DNA from: Actinomycetales bacterium
GTDB lineage: Bacteria > Actinomycetota > Actinomycetes > Actinomycetales > Actinomycetaceae
Assembly (NCBI GenBank): GCA_015655375.1
Contig: JAATFD010000041.1
Span: 8,612 to 72,611 of the forward strand
Direction: 5' to 3'
DNA length: 64,000 nucleotides
In this document: piece after piece, positions 1 through 8,678 of the stretch
Position numbering within the stretch: the first letter of the stretch is position 1
Layout: the number at the start of each line of letters is the position of its first letter
Notes under the pieces: generated by a model
Database searches by the model: none
What the model was told of the DNA's origin: nothing
Seen by the model: the letters and a program-made list of their open reading frames with translations, nothing else
Made by a program: the position numbers and the translations under genes

Positions 1-722
1 CGAGTGGTGTGGACGACGCGCGCGACCGCATCGAAGCGATCCCTCAAAGTGATCTCCTTGAGGGCGGAAACCATCTCCGTCATCAAAGAACTGATCCGCA
101 GGGAAAAACGCAGGTTGACGCGACCGGCTTCGACGGCGGCCCGTGAGGTCCCCCAGTACATGAATGCTGCCACGAGGCCGAGGTAGACCAGGGTGATCGC
201 TGCGGTGAGCGGCTGGGCGGCAATAAGGACCAGGAAGACCGCGACGAAGGTCGCGATCTGTTGGGGCAGCGAGACCGCAGGCAGCAGGACACCGGAGATC
301 GTGTTGGCGATGCCGATGTCGGCCAAGCGGACGAGTTCGGCGGTGGAGCGGGACGCCCGATCGGTCCACGGTGCCCGGATGTAAGCCTCGAAGAGTGCGT
401 CGCCAATGGTGAGCTCGTAGGCGGCGAACCGCCGCGTCGCAATCCACTGGATGACCAGCGCGACGCACGCTTTGAGCACCATCAACGCACACACTCCGAG
501 CAACATCCAGGGGTAGGCGCTCGGACTGACCTCGCCGATGATGGGGAGCGTCGTCGAACGGCCCTGGATCATCGGAGTGAGGATTGCAGCGAGTACACCC
601 AACGCGACGATGTCGAGGATGGCCAGCGCCGAGGTCGCCCACATGAAGACGGCGAGGAACCTGCGTGCTCCCGCCGGGAGCAGGGGCACGAGGCGACGCA
701 CGCCCTCCCTCAGCCGTTTCAT
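1..722 (-). CDS. ABC exporter, N-terminal transmembrane domain (partial; the 3' part lies beyond the left window edge)
   Basis: Reverse-strand ATG at 722 (cat at 720-722). My own translation reads MKRLREGVRRLVPLLPAGARRFLAVFMWATSALAILDIVALGVLAAILTPMIQ... and continues open to position 1. It has several hydrophobic helices in the layout of type-1 ABC exporter membrane domains. It is absent from the ORF track because it runs off the edge. Confidence 0.7.
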   Translation of the reverse strand, partial: MKRLREGVRRLVPLLPAGARRFLAVFMWATSALAILDIVALGVLAAILTPMIQGRSTTLPIIGEVSPSAYPWMLLGVCALMVLKACVALVIQWIATRRFAAYELTIGDALFEAYIRAPWTDRASRSTAELVRLADIGIANTISGVLLPAVSLPQQIATFVAVFLVLIAAQPLTAAITLVYLGLVAAFMYWGTSRAAVEAGRVNLRFSLRISSLMTEMVSALKEITLRDRFDAVARVVHTT

Positions 723-891
723 CGCCTCTGGGACCTCCCTGGTGTGAGCATTCGGCCCCTCAATCTATCGTCTTCGCTCGTCGTGGCGGATGTCAGGACT
801 GCGCGGGTGGGTGCCGCGAAAGTGACCCGTCGGGCCCATGCTTCCCGAGAGGGACGGTCAAGGCGTCCTCACCCCTCCGTAGACTATCCGC

Positions 892-1965
892 ATGCGCATC
901 GTCTCCGTGGTGGGCGCTCGTCCTCAGTTCGTCAAGCTCGCACCGATCGCGCGGACCTGCGAGGCGGCCGACGTCGACCACCTCATCGTCCACACCGGGC
1001 AGCATTACGACCCCCTGCTCTCCGATGTCTTCTTTGACGAACTTCATATCCCCGCCCCCACGATCCACCTCGGGGTGGGCTCCGGATCCCACGGACATCA
1101 GACCGGGGCGATCATGGGCGCCCTCGACGACGTCCTGCCGGGTCTCGCGCCCGACTGGGTCCTCGTCTACGGGGACACGAACTCGACGCTGGCCGCGGCG
1201 ATCAGCGCAGTCAAACTTCATCTGCCACTCGCCCACCTGGAAGCGGGGCTTCGTTCGGGAGACCGGCGGATGCCGGAGGAACACAATCGGGTGCTGACCG
1301 ATCACGCCGCCGACCTGTTGTTCGCCCCCACACCAGGAGCGGCAGCCCAACTGGCTCGCGAGGGATTGGCCGGGCGCACGGAGGTCGTCGGCGACGTGAT
1401 GACCGATGTTCTCCTGTCCGTCGCCCGCGAGGTCGAGGCCATGCCCTCCCCGCTCGGAGCCGAGCTTGGTCTGGACGATGGTGGCTACTCGATCGCGACG
1501 ATCCATCGAGCGGAGAACACCGACGATGCCGATCGTCTGCACCGGATCATTGCGTCGCTGCGGCGCGTCGATCATCCCGTCATTCTGCTCGTGCATCCAC
1601 GTCTGCGAGACCGCGCCGCCGCCCTCGGGGAGCCACTGGAGGGCGGGAGCCTGCTGGCGCACGATCCCCTGGGCTACCGCGAGCTCATCGCCTCTGTGCG
1701 CTCGGCCCGTGGCGTCATCACGGATTCGGGTGGGCTGCAGAAGGAAGCTTTTCTCCTGCGGGTGCCGACGACGACCGTGAGGCCGAGCACTGAGTGGGTC
1801 GAGACGATTCAGGCCGGGTGGAACCTCCTGGTCGAGCCTGGACAAGCCCTGGTCGAATCGGCATCCCGAGTCAGGCCCTCCGATACGGACGTCACACCCT
1901 ACGGCGATGGCCATGCTGCCGAACGAGTGGTCAAGATCCTGGCCAGCAGGATCCCCACCGGCTGA
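892..1965 (+). CDS. UDP-N-acetylglucosamine 2-epimerase family protein (WecB/MnaA/WbpI-like, non-hydrolysing)
   Basis: ATG at 892. The 357-aa product begins MRIVSVVGARPQFVKLAPI...HTGQHYD...VYGDTNSTLAAA...HLEAGLRS, which are the hallmark motifs of the non-hydrolysing 2-epimerase family. Confidence 0.9.
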   Translation: MRIVSVVGARPQFVKLAPIARTCEAADVDHLIVHTGQHYDPLLSDVFFDELHIPAPTIHLGVGSGSHGHQTGAIMGALDDVLPGLAPDWVLVYGDTNSTLAAAISAVKLHLPLAHLEAGLRSGDRRMPEEHNRVLTDHAADLLFAPTPGAAAQLAREGLAGRTEVVGDVMTDVLLSVAREVEAMPSPLGAELGLDDGGYSIATIHRAENTDDADRLHRIIASLRRVDHPVILLVHPRLRDRAAALGEPLEGGSLLAHDPLGYRELIASVRSARGVITDSGGLQKEAFLLRVPTTTVRPSTEWVETIQAGWNLLVEPGQALVESASRVRPSDTDVTPYGDGHAAERVVKILASRIPTG

Positions 1966-2093
1966 CCCTTCCGCCGACGCTGCCTCAGGCCCACCGCAAC
2001 GCGTCTCGAGGCCCCAGGAGAACGTGCGTCGCAATCCACAAGCGGCGTGCCGAGCATCAGCCAACGTGCTTCGCTAGACAGCGTGAGCCGCCC

Positions 2094-3272
2094 TCAGCCC
2101 TGCGGTGTCTCAAGCACCACGCGCGCAGCCGCTCGACCCGTCGCTGCCAACGAGCGGTTCCGGATCACCCACCCGCGCAGGCGCTCCACCTCGCGAGGTC
2201 GCCCCAGCACTCGTCGGATCGCGTCGGCCACCGAGCCGGCAGAATAGTCCGCAACCTCGCCGAGGTCCGCCTCCTCGATGTCGCGCGCGGGCACTCCCAG
2301 CCCGGCATAGACGACCGGTGTCCCACACGACAGGGCTGCCAGCACCTTCGTCGGGTAGGCGAAGTCATAGCCCCTCCCCGGCACGATCGAGACGAGGGCA
2401 GCCTCGGCCTGAGCCAGCCAACGGGCGGCTTCTTGCGGCGGTACCTGAGCGATGAAATGGATCCGCGGATCGCCCTTCGCTCTCGCGCGGATCGCCTCGA
2501 AGTCGGAACCCCGCCCGAGATAGACCAGCTGCAGGTCCGGTTCCTCGGCCTCGATCAGCCGGAAGGCATCAACGAAGATCCCGGCCCCTTGCCACTCCGA
2601 GGCCGTGCCCGCATAGACCAGGAAGCGGCCTCTCGGGCCGACGTCCGCCGGACCCACATCCTCCGCACCGACCTCCTGAGGCACGAACACCTCCGTGTCG
2701 ATTCCATTGAGAACGACGTGAACGTCATGGGCACCGAGCGCCCGCGCCCGCTGCGCAACGCCCTCGTTGATCGCGATGACGGACCGGGCTCCCCGCAGAG
2801 CGAAGCGCTCAACAGCCCGCAATGTGGCGACGACGGGGCCGGGCATCCCGGCCGAGCGAGCCGCATCGGACCAGACATCCGCCGCGTAATAGACAAAGGG
2901 GACGCGCCGAAGGGCAGCCATGATCCTCACGACCGCGCCGGTCGTCGGCGGCGGCTCGACGACCATGGCATCCGGACGCGGTCCCCCCAGCAACCGTACT
3001 AACAGAGGAATGTCGAAGGACAGGTACTGGACGTAGCCTCGGATGTAATCGGAACGGTCCCGCAGGCTTCGGGCTCGATGGATCCTCACCGCACCACGGT
3101 CTTCCTGCGCAGCGCTTCCCTTCGGCCGCGATGTCAACACCTGAACGCGTGCCCCCGCCGCAGCGAGCGACCTCGTGAGCGCGTCAAGCCTGAACGTCGC
3201 CGCAGCCGCCTCGGGGACGAAGATGCGCGTGGCCACCACGATGTCGGGATGTGTCGCGTGCCTGCTCCTCAC
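2094..3272 (-). CDS. Glycosyltransferase, GT4 (GT-B fold) family
   Basis: The track ORF 2094..3893 is over-extended. The glycosyltransferase-like sequence starts near VRSRHATHPDIVVATRIFVPEAAAATFRL. The GTG at 3272 overlaps the upstream stop as GTGA. The C-terminal half has the GT4 pattern (...LVYAGTASEWQG...FAYPTKVLAALSCGTPVVYAG). Confidence 0.8.
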   Translation of the reverse strand: MRSRHATHPDIVVATRIFVPEAAAATFRLDALTRSLAAAGARVQVLTSRPKGSAAQEDRGAVRIHRARSLRDRSDYIRGYVQYLSFDIPLLVRLLGGPRPDAMVVEPPPTTGAVVRIMAALRRVPFVYYAADVWSDAARSAGMPGPVVATLRAVERFALRGARSVIAINEGVAQRARALGAHDVHVVLNGIDTEVFVPQEVGAEDVGPADVGPRGRFLVYAGTASEWQGAGIFVDAFRLIEAEEPDLQLVYLGRGSDFEAIRARAKGDPRIHFIAQVPPQEAARWLAQAEAALVSIVPGRGYDFAYPTKVLAALSCGTPVVYAGLGVPARDIEEADLGEVADYSAGSVADAIRRVLGRPREVERLRGWVIRNRSLAATGRAAARVVLETPQG

Positions 3273-4255
3273 AGATGGACGACCTCGCCCTCGGCGGCCG
3301 AGCGCAGTACCGCTTCGACGACCCGCAGGGTCGCCACTGCCTCGCCCATCGTCACGTGGTCGCGGCCGATACCCTGGATCGCGTTCCGGAAGTACTCGAG
3401 TTCGACGGCGATCGGCTCGCGTTTGACGAGGGCGTAGCGGGTGATCGTCCCCTCGGAAACCCCGCGGAAGGTCGCGATCTGGTCCCATTGGACGGGCAGG
3501 AGCCCGTTCTCGTAGAACGTCAGGTCCCCCATCGCGGTGTCCGCGACCAACGCGCCGTGCTCTCCGACGACGATCGTCGCGCGATCCTTGTAGGGGTTCA
3601 GCCAGTTGACCAGATGATTGACGAGGACGCCCGAACGCAATGTGCCGGAAATGACAACCATGTCCTCGTGGGTGCGACCCGAGGGATGGGCAGTCCGGGC
3701 GAAGACCGTGTCGTAGTCGGATCCAGCGATCCACGCGGTCAGATCGATGTCGTGAGTGGCAAGATCCTGGACGACGCCGACATCGGAGATGCGCTCGGGG
3801 AAGGGCGACTGGCGGCGCGTGGAGATCTGATGGATCTCCCCGAGTTGTCCCTCGGCAATGCGCCGACGCATGTCGAGCAGCGCCGGATTGCACCGCTCGA
3901 CATAGCCGACGGCTCCAACCAATCCGGCCCGGTCGAAAGCGTTGGCGATCCGCTGTCCCGATTCGACGTCGAGGGCCAAGGGCTTCTCGACCAGAGTATG
4001 TACACCCGCCTCGGCCAACGTCAGCGCCGCCTCCTCATGACACGAGGTCGGGACCGCGACGATCGCCGCGTCGATCTCGGCCTCGATCAGCGCCTCGACA
4101 TCGGGCAGGACCTCGAGGTCATTGGCCGCCCCGAAGCGATCTCCTGCGGGATCGGCCACTGCGGACAAGCACAGCCCCTCGGTCTGCCGGACGTTGCGGA
4201 CATGGTGACGACCCATCGACCCGAGGCCGAGGATACCGACGCGCAGGTCTCTCAT
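3269..4255 (-). CDS. Gfo/Idh/MocA-family NAD-dependent sugar-nucleotide oxidoreductase (WbpB-like 3-dehydrogenase)
   Basis: MRDLRVGILGLGSMGRHHVRN... Rossmann N-terminus, then ...VEKPLALD...GYVERCNP. The ATG at 4255 overlaps the upstream stop as ATGA. It sits between a DegT aminotransferase gene and a GT gene. Confidence 0.8.
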   Translation of the reverse strand: MRDLRVGILGLGSMGRHHVRNVRQTEGLCLSAVADPAGDRFGAANDLEVLPDVEALIEAEIDAAIVAVPTSCHEEAALTLAEAGVHTLVEKPLALDVESGQRIANAFDRAGLVGAVGYVERCNPALLDMRRRIAEGQLGEIHQISTRRQSPFPERISDVGVVQDLATHDIDLTAWIAGSDYDTVFARTAHPSGRTHEDMVVISGTLRSGVLVNHLVNWLNPYKDRATIVVGEHGALVADTAMGDLTFYENGLLPVQWDQIATFRGVSEGTITRYALVKREPIAVELEYFRNAIQGIGRDHVTMGEAVATLRVVEAVLRSAAEGEVVHL

Positions 4256-5358
4256 CAGGCCCCCGCCACGGCGCACGCGTTAACGGCCTCGACGATGCGT
4301 TCAAGGTCGTTCCGGGTCAACGCCGGGTGGACCGGCAGGGAGACGACCTCACGTGCAGCCCGTTCCGTCTCCGGAAGGTCGAGGTCGGGGGCGAAGGACG
4401 CCAGGGACGGCAGCCGATGGACGGGCGTCGGGTAGTAGACGCCGGAACTGACCTGCCATTCCTCGTACAGCGCCCGGACGAATCGGTCCCGATCACCCCC
4501 GGGAACGCGGATCGTGTACTGGTGGTAGACGTGTGCGGCGCCCTCAGCCACAGGCGGGGTGACGACCCCCTCGAGGTTCGCGTCGAGGAACGCCGCGTTC
4601 GCCCGGCGTTGCTCGGTCCAGGCCGCCACCTTGGTCAGTTGAACACGTCCGATTGCCGCGTGAATGTCGGTCATCCGGTTGTTGAGGCCGACCATCTCGT
4701 TCGCGTAACGCTTCTCCATGCCTTGGTTGCGCAACAGACGCACCCGCCGGGCCAGCTCGGGGTCCGAGGTAGTCACCATCCCGCCCTCGCCCGACGTCAT
4801 GTTCTTTGTCGGGTAGAGGCTGAACGCCCCGAACGCGCCGAACGTCCCCACGCGTTTGGACCGCCACGAGGCGCCGTGGGCCTGCGCGGCGTCCTCGAGC
4901 AGGGAAAGGCCGTGGCGATCGGCCAGGGACCGAAACCGGGTCATGTCCGCGGGATGTCCATACAGATGCACCGGCAGGATCGCCCTCGTGTGCTCCGTGA
5001 TCACGGCCTCGACCGCGGCGGGCGACAGACAGAAGGAGTCGGCGTCGATGTCAGCGAAGACCGGTCGTGCGCCGGTGATCGCCACGGCGTTCGCGGTCGC
5101 CGCGAAGGTGAAGGAAGGAACGATGACCTCGTCGCCCTCGCCGATGCCCGCGGCCAGCAGACCGAGGTGCAGTGCGGATGTTCCGGAGTTCACCGCGACG
5201 GCCTCGACACCGGAGACGAGGGCGGCGGAGAACTCGTCCTCGAAGGCCGCCACCTGCGGCCCCTGGGCGACCACCCCGGAGCGGAGCACCGCGGAGACGG
5301 CCTCGACCTCGTCCTCCCCGATGATCGGATGGGCGGCGGGGATCACTTCACGGGTCAT
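4255..5358 (-). CDS. DegT/DnrJ/EryC1/StrS-family PLP sugar aminotransferase (WbpE-like)
   Basis: 367 aa, MTREVIPAAHPIIGEDEVEAVSAVLRSGVVAQGPQVAAFEDEF...SLYPTKNMTSGEGGMV. The lysine lies in the typical YPTKN context. The start overlaps the upstream stop (ATGA at 5355-5358). Confidence 0.88.
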   Translation of the reverse strand: MTREVIPAAHPIIGEDEVEAVSAVLRSGVVAQGPQVAAFEDEFSAALVSGVEAVAVNSGTSALHLGLLAAGIGEGDEVIVPSFTFAATANAVAITGARPVFADIDADSFCLSPAAVEAVITEHTRAILPVHLYGHPADMTRFRSLADRHGLSLLEDAAQAHGASWRSKRVGTFGAFGAFSLYPTKNMTSGEGGMVTTSDPELARRVRLLRNQGMEKRYANEMVGLNNRMTDIHAAIGRVQLTKVAAWTEQRRANAAFLDANLEGVVTPPVAEGAAHVYHQYTIRVPGGDRDRFVRALYEEWQVSSGVYYPTPVHRLPSLASFAPDLDLPETERAAREVVSLPVHPALTRNDLERIVEAVNACAVAGA

Positions 5359-5960
5359 CGCGATTCCACTTCCTCAAGGGTGTTCGCATCGAGGACTCGG
5401 TAGAGAGCGCCAGTGACCGGACACCGGAGGAACTCCGATCGGTCGTCGTCTTCAACCAATCGGACCCCAGTGCGCCCCACCCATCCCACTCGGCGTGCCG
5501 GGTTGCCAGCCACCAGAGCGAAGTCGGGGACGTCTCGGGTGACAACCGCACCGGCCGCGACCATCGCCCAGTGTCCGATGCTCACCGGTGCGACGCACAC
5601 CGCGCGGGCCCCGATGGAGGCGCCCTCGTGGATCGTCACCCCTACCGGCTTCCAGTCCTCGGCCGACTTCAACGTGCTATCGGGGGTGACGGCACGGGGA
5701 AAGCGGTCGTTCGTCAGGATGACACCGGGACCGATGAACACGCCATCGGCGATGGCAGCCGGTTCATACACCAGGGCGAAGTTCTGGACCTTGCAATTGT
5801 CACCGAGTCGAACCCCGGAGCCGATGTAGGCCCCGCGTCCAATGATGCAGTGGCTCCCGATGGAGGCTCCCTCGCGAATCTGTGCCAGATGCCACACAGC
5901 GGAGCCCTCGCCCACGGTCGCAGTGGTGGCGACGTCGGCGGTGTCCGAGATCCGAGGCAT
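5355..5960 (-). CDS. Left-handed beta-helix (hexapeptide-repeat) sugar N-acetyltransferase (WbpD/WlbB-like)
   Basis: 201 aa with repeated [LIV]G hexapeptide units (IGSHCIIGRGAYIGSGVRLGDNCKVQN...IGARAVCVAPVSIGHWAMVAAGAVV). It is the first gene of the overlapping four-gene string. Confidence 0.85.
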   Translation of the reverse strand: MPRISDTADVATTATVGEGSAVWHLAQIREGASIGSHCIIGRGAYIGSGVRLGDNCKVQNFALVYEPAAIADGVFIGPGVILTNDRFPRAVTPDSTLKSAEDWKPVGVTIHEGASIGARAVCVAPVSIGHWAMVAAGAVVTRDVPDFALVAGNPARRVGWVGRTGVRLVEDDDRSEFLRCPVTGALYRVLDANTLEEVESR

Positions 5961-6162
5961 GCCACTCCTTGGTTGAGGCGTTGCTTCTCATCCTAGGGTG
6001 ACGACGGCGAAAGCTCGGCGCCGGCACCAGCCGACGAAGCGTCGTCCCCACCGGTGTCCGTCTCCCGGGTGGAGGGGAGTGTGAGACGAACGACCCGCCG
6101 AATATCGTCTGACCGTACGCATGTCGGCCCGCCAGGTCCCCCGACGATGAAAGGATGGTGCC

Positions 6163-6837
6163 ATGAATCCCATCCGTGACACGTGGCTCGTCGTGCCGCT
6201 CTACAACGAGGGGAGCGTCATTGGTGACGTCGTCGCCGACGCTCACGCCACCTTCCCGAACATTGTCTGCATCGACGATGGATCGTCGGACGACTCGGCT
6301 GCCCAGGCCCACGCCGCGGGTGCTGTCCTTGTCTCCCATCCGATCAACCTCGGGCAGGGCGCGGCTCTGCAGACCGGTTTCGATTACGTCCTGCACAAGA
6401 CCGATGCCCGATACGTCATCACCTTCGACGCCGACGGCCAACACCAGGTGTCCGATGCAGTGAGAATGCGGGAGATTGCCGAGGACCAGGACGCCGCCGT
6501 CGTCTTCGGCTCCCGTTTCCTCGAGGGCAAGGCCGAAACTGGCATGCTCAAGCACATCGTCCTGTCCACTGTCGCCCTCATCACCGGCTGGCGGACCGGC
6601 ATGCATCTGACAGACGCCCACAACGGACTGCGCCTGCTGCGTCGCGATGCTCTTGAACAGATCCATCTGGAACAGAACCGAATGGCCCACGCCTCCGAGA
6701 TCGTCAGTCAGATCGCGCGGTCGAAACTCCCCTGGCGTGAGGCTCCGGTCCACATCAAGTACACGGAGTATTCGAAATCAAAGGGGCAGTCCCTGCTCAA
6801 TTCCGTCAACATCCTCGTCGAACTGATCATGGGGTGA
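6163..6837 (+). CDS. Glycosyltransferase family 2 (soluble, polyprenyl-phosphate-sugar-synthase-like)
   Basis: 224 aa, WLVVPLYNEGSVIG...CIDDGSSDDS...ITFDADGQH. These are the GT-A DxD-type motifs. An AAGGA-type RBS lies upstream. Confidence 0.85.
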   Translation: MNPIRDTWLVVPLYNEGSVIGDVVADAHATFPNIVCIDDGSSDDSAAQAHAAGAVLVSHPINLGQGAALQTGFDYVLHKTDARYVITFDADGQHQVSDAVRMREIAEDQDAAVVFGSRFLEGKAETGMLKHIVLSTVALITGWRTGMHLTDAHNGLRLLRRDALEQIHLEQNRMAHASEIVSQIARSKLPWREAPVHIKYTEYSKSKGQSLLNSVNILVELIMG

Positions 6838-7262
6838 CCATGGCCGAATACTGGCTCATCAAGACGATCCTGCTCATCGCGCTGGCGGCGGTGGGGTGGC
6901 TGACCATCCGCCCGGCGCGCTCCGCGAATCACCTGGCCATCAGGCGTCTCGGCATGATGGTGATCATCCTGTTCGCGTTCTTCGCGGTTCTCTTTCCGAG
7001 TCTGCTCAATGAATTGGCGACCCGGGTCGGCGTCGAACGGGGAATCAACCTGCTCGTCTATGTCCTCGTCCTCGCGTTCTTCGTGCAGATGGCGACCTCG
7101 TATCGGCGGGATTCCGAGGCTGACAAGCGTCTGACCCTCTTGGCCCGGGCCGTCGCGCTGTCCACCGTGACACCGCCCGATCAGTCGTCGGCCGGAGGCT
7201 CCCCCGACACTGCGGCCGATGGACCGCAGACGGACGTACTCCCGTCCTTCGACGCGCGCTGA
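6834..7262 (+). CDS. Small membrane protein (DUF2304-like), coupled to the GT2 gene
   Basis: 142 aa with three or four hydrophobic helices (YWLIKTILLIALAAVGWL..., MMVIILFAFFAVLF..., LLVYVLVLAFFVQM). There is a 4-nt overlap with the GT2 stop. The GT2+DUF2304 pairing is a common actinobacterial arrangement. Confidence 0.7.
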   Translation: MTMAEYWLIKTILLIALAAVGWLTIRPARSANHLAIRRLGMMVIILFAFFAVLFPSLLNELATRVGVERGINLLVYVLVLAFFVQMATSYRRDSEADKRLTLLARAVALSTVTPPDQSSAGGSPDTAADGPQTDVLPSFDAR

Positions 7263-7313
7263 GAGCCCACGATTCGGCATATCCCCAGCATCCGCCGGTA
7301 GAATCTCGACCCA

Positions 7314-8678
7314 ATGGGACTTCATTCGACGCGAAACGCGGTCACGCCCGTCCTCCACGCGGCCACCAACCCCTACAAGGCTGGTGTTGGTCGCGGAGTC
7401 CTTGCCGCCCTCCTGTCAGTCGTCCTCATGGTCGGATCGACCGGTTGGTTCGTCTACGACGACCTCCTGACCGACGTCAAGAGCAACGCCTTGGACACCT
7501 CGGGGCTGGGCGACACGAGCACCACCGACTCCCAGAATGAGGAAGCCCCGGCCGACTCCTTCGAGGGTCGGGCCGTCAACGTCCTGATCGCCGGGATCGA
7601 CTCCCGCTATGACCAGGGTGATGCGGCCAACGGGAATTCCGAGGAGCTCTCGACGATCCAGTCGGACACGACAATGGTCGCCCACATCTCCGCCGACCGG
7701 TCGCGCGTCCAGATCGTTTCGATCCCACGCGACACGTTGACCAACGTGCCGTCGTGCAAGCGGACCGATGGGTCTGTCTCCGAGGCCTACTACGGGATGT
7801 TTAACTCGGCCTTCGCCACCGGCGCTGTCACCGACGATGTCGCGTCGGGCATCGCCTGCACGAAGTCGACCGTCGAGAAGATGACGGGGCTGAACATCGA
7901 CGGGTTCTTTGTCGTCGACTTCAAGGGCTTCGAGGCGATGATCAATGCGCTGGATGGCGTCTGGTTCACCGTCGACGAGGACGTCAACGACCCCGAGGCC
8001 GATCTCGTGTTGAGTGCGGGGTGCCAGAAGCTTGACGGCACGAGTGCCCTCGGATACGCACGCGCCCGCTACAGCCTCGGCGATGGATCCGACATCTCGC
8101 GGATCGGGCGTCAGCAGAAGCTGGTCGCCGCGATCATGCGTGAGGCACTCGGCAAGAACTTCGTCACGGATCTGCCCTCGCTCCTCAGTTTCCTCAAACA
8201 GGCCCTCGGCTCCCTCCAGACATCGACGAACCTCTCCGACCTCAACACGGACGCGGGCCTACTGCTGTCCCTGTCGAGCATCGACCGGGCGAATATCCAG
8301 TTCGTCACGATGCCCAACAAGCCCGCACCCACGAACGCCAACCGCGTCGTCGCCATCGAGCCCGCCGCCTCGAACGTCTGGCAGGCCTTGGCATCGGACA
8401 GCGCGTTGCCGGTGAGCACCGAGTACACGGATGGATCCGGCACAGCACAGACGATCCCGGATCCCGCGACCGCCGCGGCTGAAACGGGCACGGGAACCAA
8501 CGGCGCATCCTCGTCCGAGTCATCCTCGACTGAGGACGCCACCGGAACCAGCGGATCCACGTCGACGCCTGAGTCCTCGACAACTGAGCAGTGCCCCCCG
8601 CAAAGCGCCTCCTCGACGAGCTCCACCGGCTCCGCTCCCACGGGCGACCGCCTGGAGGACGGGAACCCGATCGGCTGA
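7314..8678 (+). CDS. LytR-CpsA-Psr (LCP) family glycopolymer-to-peptidoglycan ligase
   Basis: 454 aa with an N-terminal TM segment. The LCP core reads NVLIAGIDSR...TTMVAHISADRSRVQIVSIPRDT...MTGLNIDGFFVVDFKGFEAMINALDGV. The tail is Ser/Thr-rich. Confidence 0.88.
   Translation: MGLHSTRNAVTPVLHAATNPYKAGVGRGVLAALLSVVLMVGSTGWFVYDDLLTDVKSNALDTSGLGDTSTTDSQNEEAPADSFEGRAVNVLIAGIDSRYDQGDAANGNSEELSTIQSDTTMVAHISADRSRVQIVSIPRDTLTNVPSCKRTDGSVSEAYYGMFNSAFATGAVTDDVASGIACTKSTVEKMTGLNIDGFFVVDFKGFEAMINALDGVWFTVDEDVNDPEADLVLSAGCQKLDGTSALGYARARYSLGDGSDISRIGRQQKLVAAIMREALGKNFVTDLPSLLSFLKQALGSLQTSTNLSDLNTDAGLLLSLSSIDRANIQFVTMPNKPAPTNANRVVAIEPAASNVWQALASDSALPVSTEYTDGSGTAQTIPDPATAAAETGTGTNGASSSESSSTEDATGTSGSTSTPESSTTEQCPPQSASSTSSTGSAPTGDRLEDGNPIG

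Noticed and set aside
2094-3893. The 599-aa ORF taken at face value as one large protein.
   Set aside because: Only the C-terminal 392 aa look like a glycosyltransferase. The upstream 200 codons lie inside the oxidoreductase gene in another frame. A GTG at 3272, overlapping the upstream stop, gives a normal-sized GT4.
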